64,000 bases of DNA from Dehalococcoidia bacterium. Lineage in GTDB: Bacteria; Chloroflexota; Dehalococcoidia; Lucifugimonadales; UBA3495. The stretch spans positions 3,779,986-3,843,985 of the forward strand of contig OZ242027.1 in the NCBI GenBank assembly GCA_965204865.1, in the 5' to 3' direction. The position numbers and the translations under genes were made by a program. The first letter of the stretch is position 1. Every line of letters starts with the position of its first letter. Below, piece by piece: positions 58,549 to 64,000 of this stretch. Below the pieces are notes generated by a model. It saw only the letters and a program-made list of their open reading frames with translations. It made no database searches and had not been told where the DNA came from.

Positions 58549-61080
58549 CTACCGCAACTGCGCCACCGTCACTCCCTCGCCGCCGGGGCCTTCGCCATCG
58601 CCTGCGCCGGACACCAGCGGGTGGTCCGCCAGGTACTCGCGGATGGCGCGGCGCAACGCCCCCGTCCCCTTGCCGTGGATGATGCGCAGCAACGACGCGC
58701 CGTCCAGGGCGGCGTCGTTGAGGGCGGTGTCCACGCGGGCGACGGCCTCGTCCACCCGCAGGCCGCGCAGGTCCATCTCCGGGTCGGGGCGGCGGGGCGC
58801 GGATGGGCGGTTGGCTGCCCGGTCGAGGTAGACCCCCTGGCGTGCGGCGGTGGGGTGGCCTTCGGCGAGGCTCTGCAACTGGTAGACCGGAATCTTGGCC
58901 CGCATGGTTCCCAGCAGCACCTCCACCCGCTGCGCCTGCGCCGGATTCCCGCCTTCGCGGGAATGACGGGAAGTGCGGGAAGGACGGGCGGGTTCGGGCG
59001 GCGTGATGACCTCCACCGGCTGGCTGATGCCGCGCACGTATACCCGGTCGCCACTCTTGAGCCGTTCCTGCCAGGGCGCACGCCTGATTTCGATGGGCTG
59101 CCAGTTGGCGGCGTCCAGCTCCCGCTGCACCTCGCGCAGGTCGCGCTGGCTCTCCCGCAGGTCATCCCGGCTCTCCTGCCCGGTAGCAGGCGCTCGGATA
59201 CGCCCGGCGGCGGGCTGGACTGTTGCTGCGCTGGCCGCCAGCTCCATTGACCGCTCCGCCCGTTGCAGGCGGTCCACTATGTCGGCGGTCCGCAGTTGCA
59301 GCTCGCGGCGGGCTTCCTCCACCAGCTCGGTCTTGGTGGCCTCCACCGACGATAGCTGCTCCTCCACTTCCTTCTGCATCCTGACAGCAGCCAGACGCGA
59401 CGACTCTGCCTCCTCTTTCAACTGCTCGACAGTGCGGCGTTCCTGTTGCAGCTCCCGCAGCAGCGTTTCGGTGGCCTGCTCCACCGGCGATACTCCGGCG
59501 CTGGCATCCTCGATGATTTCCTGCGGCAGCCCCAGCCGCGCCGCGATGGTCAGCGCGTAGCTGCGGCCCGGCAGCCCGACGGTTAGCTGGTAGGTGGGCG
59601 CCAGAGTCGTCGGGTCCAGGTCCACGCTGGCGTTCAGCATACCCGGGTGTTCCTGCACCGTGCGGGCCACGCCGCGCTGGTGGGTAGTGCCGACCAAGAA
59701 CACGCCCATCCGCTGGAAGTGGCGCAGCACGGCGCTGGCCAGCGCGGCCCCTTCCTCCGGGTCGGTGCTGGTTCCCAGTTCGTCCACCAGCACCAGCGAG
59801 CGGCCAGTGGCCCGGCGCATAATGTCCAGCAGGTTGGTGATGTGGGAGCTGAACGTCGAAAGCGACTGCTGGATACTCTGCTGGTCGCCGATGTCGGCAT
59901 AGATGCCGTCGAACCCCGGAAAGCGGGCGTCCTCGGCCGGGACGTGCAGCCCGGCGTGGGCCATCATCGCCAGCAGGCCGACGGTCTTCAGGGCCACCGT
60001 CTTGCCCCCGGCGTTGGGGCCGGTGACGAGCAGCACGCCGCGCTCCGAGTCCAGCGACAGGCTGATAGGCACCACGTCGCCGTCCTTCGACTGGCCCAGG
60101 AGCAGCGGATGACGGGCGCGACTCAGGCGCAGGCGGCGCAGCGTAGCCTGCTCTCCCTCGCTGTCGCTCTCCGCACCCTCGTCTTTGTCCTCAATAACCG
60201 GCGCCGTGGCCCGCAACGCCGCCGAATACCGCGCCTTCGCCACGTCCAAGTCCAGCCGCGCCACGATGTCCAGGGCCAGCAGCAGGTCCTCGCCGGTGTC
60301 GCCGACGCGGTTGGTCAGGTGCCGCAGCACCCGCTCCACCTCGCGCTCCTCGGCCAGCCGGGCCTCGCGCCAGCGGTTGCCCATATCCACCGCCGCCATG
60401 GGCTCGACGAACACCGTCGCGCCGCTGTCGGAAACGTCGTGGACGATGCCCGGCACGCGGTAGCGCATCTCGGTCTTGATGAGCAGCACCATACGCCCGT
60501 TGCGCTGGGTGATGAGCGGCTCCTGGACCACCTCTGACCGCTGGAAGCGGCGCAGGTTGCGCTCCATGATTTCGTTCAGGCGGTTCTGCGCCTGCCGCGA
60601 CTCGGCCCGCAGACGCCCCAGCAGCGGGCTGGCGTAGTCCAGCACCTCCCCGGCCGGGCTGATGGCCGCGCCGATTTCGCTGTCCAGATGCCCCAGCTCC
60701 GGTATGTTGCTGGCGAGACTGGACAGGAGCGGCAGACTTTCTTGGCGTACAAGCTCGTCGCGGTCGTAGCGGGCGGCGCGGGCGAAGGCGCGGACGGCGT
60801 ACAGTTCCTCGCCGCGCAGCAGGCCGCCCAGCATGGCGCGGTGAATCAGCTCGGTGATGTCGTTCTCCGGCCCGAACTCCAGCGAGCCGCCGCCGTCAAT
60901 GTAGCGCCGGGCTTCGGTGGTTTCCTGCTGCCGTGTCGCCACCTCCAGCAGGTCCTCCGACGGCTCCAGCGCGGCCACCTTCTCCCGCCCCAGCGCCGTG
61001 CGGCAGTACGACGCCACCTGCCCCAGCACCTGGTCGAACTCCAGCAACCGCCCGGCCTTCTCAAAACCGCCCAGAGTCAT
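58549..61080 (-). CDS. mutS2: endonuclease MutS2 (MutS paralogue with KOW-like and Smr domains)
   Basis: LEFDQVLGQVASYC, Walker A VTGPNAGGKTVALKTVG, LVDELGTSTDPEEGAAL, and Smr LDLRGLRVDEA...IHGKGTGALR. Confidence 0.95.
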   Translation of the reverse strand: MTLGGFEKAGRLLEFDQVLGQVASYCRTALGREKVAALEPSEDLLEVATRQQETTEARRYIDGGGSLEFGPENDITELIHRAMLGGLLRGEELYAVRAFARAARYDRDELVRQESLPLLSSLASNIPELGHLDSEIGAAISPAGEVLDYASPLLGRLRAESRQAQNRLNEIMERNLRRFQRSEVVQEPLITQRNGRMVLLIKTEMRYRVPGIVHDVSDSGATVFVEPMAAVDMGNRWREARLAEEREVERVLRHLTNRVGDTGEDLLLALDIVARLDLDVAKARYSAALRATAPVIEDKDEGAESDSEGEQATLRRLRLSRARHPLLLGQSKDGDVVPISLSLDSERGVLLVTGPNAGGKTVALKTVGLLAMMAHAGLHVPAEDARFPGFDGIYADIGDQQSIQQSLSTFSSHITNLLDIMRRATGRSLVLVDELGTSTDPEEGAALASAVLRHFQRMGVFLVGTTHQRGVARTVQEHPGMLNASVDLDPTTLAPTYQLTVGLPGRSYALTIAARLGLPQEIIEDASAGVSPVEQATETLLRELQQERRTVEQLKEEAESSRLAAVRMQKEVEEQLSSVEATKTELVEEARRELQLRTADIVDRLQRAERSMELAASAATVQPAAGRIRAPATGQESRDDLRESQRDLREVQRELDAANWQPIEIRRAPWQERLKSGDRVYVRGISQPVEVITPPEPARPSRTSRHSREGGNPAQAQRVEVLLGTMRAKIPVYQLQSLAEGHPTAARQGVYLDRAANRPSAPRRPDPEMDLRGLRVDEAVARVDTALNDAALDGASLLRIIHGKGTGALRRAIREYLADHPLVSGAGDGEGPGGEGVTVAQLR
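58943..58969. repeat. Family A unit inside the mutS2 CDS
   Basis: GGATTCCCGCCTTCGCGGGAATGACGG, translated in frame as SRHSREGGNP. Confidence 0.85.
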
Positions 61081-61111
61081 TCAGCAATCTCCATACTTCA
61101 CGGAAGGATTA

Positions 61112-61155
61112 GACGCAAAGGCGCAAAGATTTCTTTATTAGACCTGCTTTGCGTC
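61112..61155. repeat. Family F repeat forming a hairpin between the VLRF1-like gene and mutS2
   Basis: GACGCAAAG (61112..61120) pairs with CTTTGCGTC (61147..61155). No U-tract on the minus strand. Confidence 0.7.
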
Positions 61156-61156
61156 A

Positions 61157-61933
61157 TTACGTCATCGCGTTGAAATCAATGGTCCAAACCCGGCTCTCGG
61201 TCAGCATCGCGGCGACCTGCGGCAGGGTATCCCGTTTCGGGTCGCGGATGTTAAGGCGGCGTTTCAGTGTTATGGGCTGTAACGAGGCCAGCGCCGGGCA
61301 TTCCTTCAGTAGGCCGTTCAGGGTGAACCGTTCGCCGCCCAGCACCAGGTAGTCCAGTTGCGCCGTCGGGGGCATCAGGTGGGCGCGGGTTTCCTGGCAC
61401 ACCTTGTCGTACAGCCGCTTGATCTGCCCGTCGCGCACCCGCGTATAGCGCAACTGCGAGGTGCCACCCGCATGGTGCTTGCCCTTGACGTAGCGGGAAT
61501 CGGTTTTCGAGTCCAACAGCTCTCCGCCGCGAAAGACGGCTACCGAGAACCGCCCCAGTCGCACCAGAACCACCCCCACGGTAGCTTCGGCGTCCAGAAT
61601 CCGCCGCAGGGGGGCGTCATCCCAGTCGAGCGCCAAGAACGTCTCTTCAACCGGAAACGGCGGGGCAATCAGCAGCCCGCGCTCGCCGGCCCGAAGTCCC
61701 ACCAGCCCGCAGCTGTCGCGCAAAGCGCCTTCCCCAAACCCGGCCAAGGGCGTCGCCCACCCCGTCGCGGCCATCGCCGCCGGATCAGGGCTGTCGCCGG
61801 GAGCGAGGTACAGCGACGACGCGGCCGTGCCAGCGTCTTCCGCCAGCTCGTTTAGCATACGCCGCAGCCGGGCAGCGGAAACCGTTTCCCCGGTCATCGT
61901 GTTTCTGACGCTCATACATAACGATTGTATCAT
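61157..61933 (-). CDS. Vms1/ANKZF1-family (VLRF1, eRF1-like) putative peptidyl-tRNA hydrolase
   Basis: VGVVLVRLGRFSVAVFRGGELLDSKTDSRYVKGKHHAGGTSQLRYTRVRDGQIKRLYDKV matches the VLRF1 pattern (beta-hairpin GxFA-like, then a GG-x-SQ-x-R-F/Y loop with the catalytic Gln), followed by LVLGGERF. Confidence 0.7.
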   Translation of the reverse strand: MIQSLCMSVRNTMTGETVSAARLRRMLNELAEDAGTAASSLYLAPGDSPDPAAMAATGWATPLAGFGEGALRDSCGLVGLRAGERGLLIAPPFPVEETFLALDWDDAPLRRILDAEATVGVVLVRLGRFSVAVFRGGELLDSKTDSRYVKGKHHAGGTSQLRYTRVRDGQIKRLYDKVCQETRAHLMPPTAQLDYLVLGGERFTLNGLLKECPALASLQPITLKRRLNIRDPKRDTLPQVAAMLTESRVWTIDFNAMT

Positions 61934-61965
61934 CGCCGCCTTGCCGCTCGCGTCAGAAGGGAGGC

Positions 61966-62071
61966 ATCTGAACTGTGATTAGTTTGATTAAGGGATTTCT
62001 CTGATTTCGTCGCCTTTGCAATACACTAGCAATCATGGCAATCATATAATCAAACGAATCACAGTTCAGAC
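61966..62071. repeat. Family C MITE-like element, copy C6
   Basis: ATCTGAACTGTGATT...AATCACAGTTCAGAC. Ends 17 nt before the TTG start at 62089. Confidence 0.85.
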
Positions 62072-62088
62072 AATACAAGGAGAAGTCT

Positions 62089-62886
62089 TTGAGTCCCGAA
62101 GAAAGAGAATCAATCCTGCAACGGCGCGATGCCGCGCTGCAACGCCTCGACGAAGGGCATCAGGTTCTGCTGCAATCCCTGGAAGGGCTGGAAACCGAAG
62201 AGGCGTTCCTCGGCCAGCGATGGTCGGTGCGCGACGTGCTGCTGCACCTGGACTCGGAGCGGTACGTGGACGCGCTGGAGAAGATTGCCCGGGGCGAGAT
62301 GGAAATGCTGCCGCCCTTTTCCAGTCGCGAGGAGCATTTCCGGCAGGAACTCGAGCGCCAGGAAGCCACCCATCAGCGGTTTCGCGCCCTGCTCACCGAG
62401 CTGACGCCGGAGCAGTTGGCCCGTCCGGCGACGCCGCCCAACCCGGCCAACTCCTTCCCTGGTCTGACTCTGCTGGAGTTGCTGGAACGCTCGGCAGGCC
62501 ACGAGGCCAGCCACGCCCGGCAGATTGACCTCACCCGTCAGTTCATCGCCGCCTTCCGCTCGCAAGAGCGGGCGTTGAATATCGCCGCCCTGGGCGACGG
62601 CGACCCGGCCCGCCTGTCGCAACAGGTGAAGGACCTGCTGAACATGGCCGACTACGTGGTGGGCGAGGCTGACGCTCTGGCCGCCGTCAGCCACCTGGTG
62701 CGCGGCGTCCGGCTTACGATGCACCCCGGCAACCGCGAGGAGATGGTCAACCGAGCCGCCCGCGAGACCCGAGAAGGACTGTGGGCCATAGTCTGCGTGA
62801 TGGACAACGGCGGAGACGACGACGAAACGGTGGCCCTGGCCCGCCAGCACGCCGACGCAGTAGCGGTGCACCGGCCGGTAGCGTAG
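62089..62886 (+). CDS. DinB-family domain fused to a short tetrapyrrole-methylase-like C-terminal segment
   Basis: The N-terminal half is RWSVRDVLLHLDSE...ERSAGHEASHARQI (DinB_2-like). The C-terminal part LNIAALGDGDPARLSQQVKDLLNMADYVVGE...WAIVCVMDNGGDDDE resembles the first subdomain of TP_methylases. TTG start after AAGGAG. Confidence 0.6.
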   Translation: MSPEERESILQRRDAALQRLDEGHQVLLQSLEGLETEEAFLGQRWSVRDVLLHLDSERYVDALEKIARGEMEMLPPFSSREEHFRQELERQEATHQRFRALLTELTPEQLARPATPPNPANSFPGLTLLELLERSAGHEASHARQIDLTRQFIAAFRSQERALNIAALGDGDPARLSQQVKDLLNMADYVVGEADALAAVSHLVRGVRLTMHPGNREEMVNRAARETREGLWAIVCVMDNGGDDDETVALARQHADAVAVHRPVA

Positions 62887-62909
62887 CGAACTGCACTCGA
62901 CGTCCGGCC

Positions 62910-63144
62910 CTGGATTCCCGCTTTCGCGGGAATCCAAACCCCCGTCGCCTGTCAATTTGACCACCTAATTCAGAACCCTGCCGTCCGCCAACAGGTCAAT
63001 TGCATTATAGGCCGCACACCCGTCACTCCGGCGAAAGCCGGAGTCCAGAAACCATGGTGTGAACGAAATCGAGAGGATAATTGATGATTTCGCTCTCTGG
63101 ATTCCGGCTTTCGCCGGAATGACGGGGATAATGCGATTGCCCTG
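62910..63144. repeat. cluster of family A units
   Basis: 62910..62987 is homologous to 12201..12283. Paired units at 63019..63048 and 63097..63125, then GCGATTGCCCTG as in the palindrome at 38589. Confidence 0.85.
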
Positions 63145-63278
63145 CGCCCGCCAATGCCGCGCTTTCGTGTGGCGGGGTTCTTTGCTATACTTGATACTTG
63201 TGTTGCCGCGCCCTTCACGGGGACGGCTTCCTTTTGCGCGGGGCGCAGTCTATTTGTGTTATGTAAGGCGGTCTAGGA

Positions 63279-64000
63279 ATGCCGGCATACGCCGTTATCG
63301 GGGGCCAGTGGGGCGACGAGGGCAAGGGGAAAGTCATTGACTACCTTGCCGGGGAGGTGGATAGCGTCGTGCGATATGCCGGCGGCAACAACGCCGGCCA
63401 TACCGTGGTCAACGAGCAGGGAGAGTTCCAGCTTCACCTGGTGCCGTCGGGCATCTGCTGGCCCGACTGCGACGGCATCATCGGCAACGGCGTGGTGGTT
63501 GACCCCGACGTGCTGCTGGACGAGATGGAGATGCTACGCGGACGCGGCATAGACACCAGCAAGCTCCACGTCAGCGAGCGCGCCCACGTCATCATGCCCT
63601 ATCACGTGATGCTGGACGCCCTGGAAGAGCAGGCCCGCGGCTCCGGGGCCATTGGCACCACCGGCCGCGGCATCGGCCCGGCCTACGTGGACAAGACCGG
63701 CCGCGATGGCATCCGCGTCGGCGACCTGCTGGACTGGGATTCCCTGACGCCGAAGCTCAAGCGCGTGCTGGAGCGCAAGAACCAGCTCATCACGAAAATC
63801 TATGGCGGCGAAGCCTTGTCACTGGAGGAACTCAAAGACAGGTGCCGCCAGTGGGCCGAGCAGCTACGTCCTTACGCCCACCCAACCGAGCAGATAGTCC
63901 AGGACCGGCTGGCCGACGGGAGACGAGTGCTGCTGGAAGGAGCGCAGGGAACACTGCTGGACTTGGACCACGGCTCGTACCCCTACGTCACATCGTCATC
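63279..64000 (+). CDS. purA: adenylosuccinate synthetase, N-terminal part (3' end outside window)
   Basis: MPAYAVIGGQWGDEGKGKVIDYL, GGNNAGHTV, and GTTGRGIGPAY. Open to the window edge and absent from the ORF track because no stop lies in the window. Confidence 0.95.
   Translation, partial: MPAYAVIGGQWGDEGKGKVIDYLAGEVDSVVRYAGGNNAGHTVVNEQGEFQLHLVPSGICWPDCDGIIGNGVVVDPDVLLDEMEMLRGRGIDTSKLHVSERAHVIMPYHVMLDALEEQARGSGAIGTTGRGIGPAYVDKTGRDGIRVGDLLDWDSLTPKLKRVLERKNQLITKIYGGEALSLEELKDRCRQWAEQLRPYAHPTEQIVQDRLADGRRVLLEGAQGTLLDLDHGSYPYVTSS

Noticed and set aside
11219-62071. Possibility that the recurring short repeats form a CRISPR array
   Set aside because: Copies are kilobases apart, lie in both orientations and belong to several unrelated families. 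There are no regularly spaced unique spacers and no cas genes.

Overview
High-GC bacterial chromosomal segment. The gene content suggests Chloroflexota, but that is inference only: DnaD/DnaC-type replication genes, MutS2, a Vms1-like VLRF1 protein, many DinB/MDMPI paralogues and LarBCE. Most of the window is housekeeping or metabolic: mnmA, rnhB, larBCE, nadA/nadC, miaB, dtd, rplI-dnaB-dnaD-dnaC, rpsO-pnp, dapB-asd-dapA, mutS2, purA, an oligopeptide-type ABC importer, and tRNA-Arg(CCG) plus tRNA-Pro(TGG). Small, visibly lower-GC islets sit between these genes. They carry five toxin-antitoxin-like pairs (one with an inactivated ParE), a type II restriction-modification pair, an orphan DNA methyltransferase, two Uma2 endonucleases, and an extra stand-alone copy of the DnaB C-terminal domain bracketed by a 47-bp duplication. 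The window is dense in at least five short interspersed repeat families, including a roughly 90-bp MITE-like element with GTCTGAACTGTGATT termini. Four repeat copies lie in frame inside conserved genes (larC, a methyltransferase, the dnaD-like gene, mutS2). The most interesting biology is a Vms1/ANKZF1-type peptidyl-tRNA hydrolase homologue immediately upstream of mutS2 on the same strand, a candidate ribosome-quality-control pair. Other notable items are a tandem-duplicated DnaC-type helicase loader and a signal-peptide-less DUF1800/DUF1501/small helical peptide/NHL cluster. No rRNA, CRISPR array, transposase or integrase was seen.
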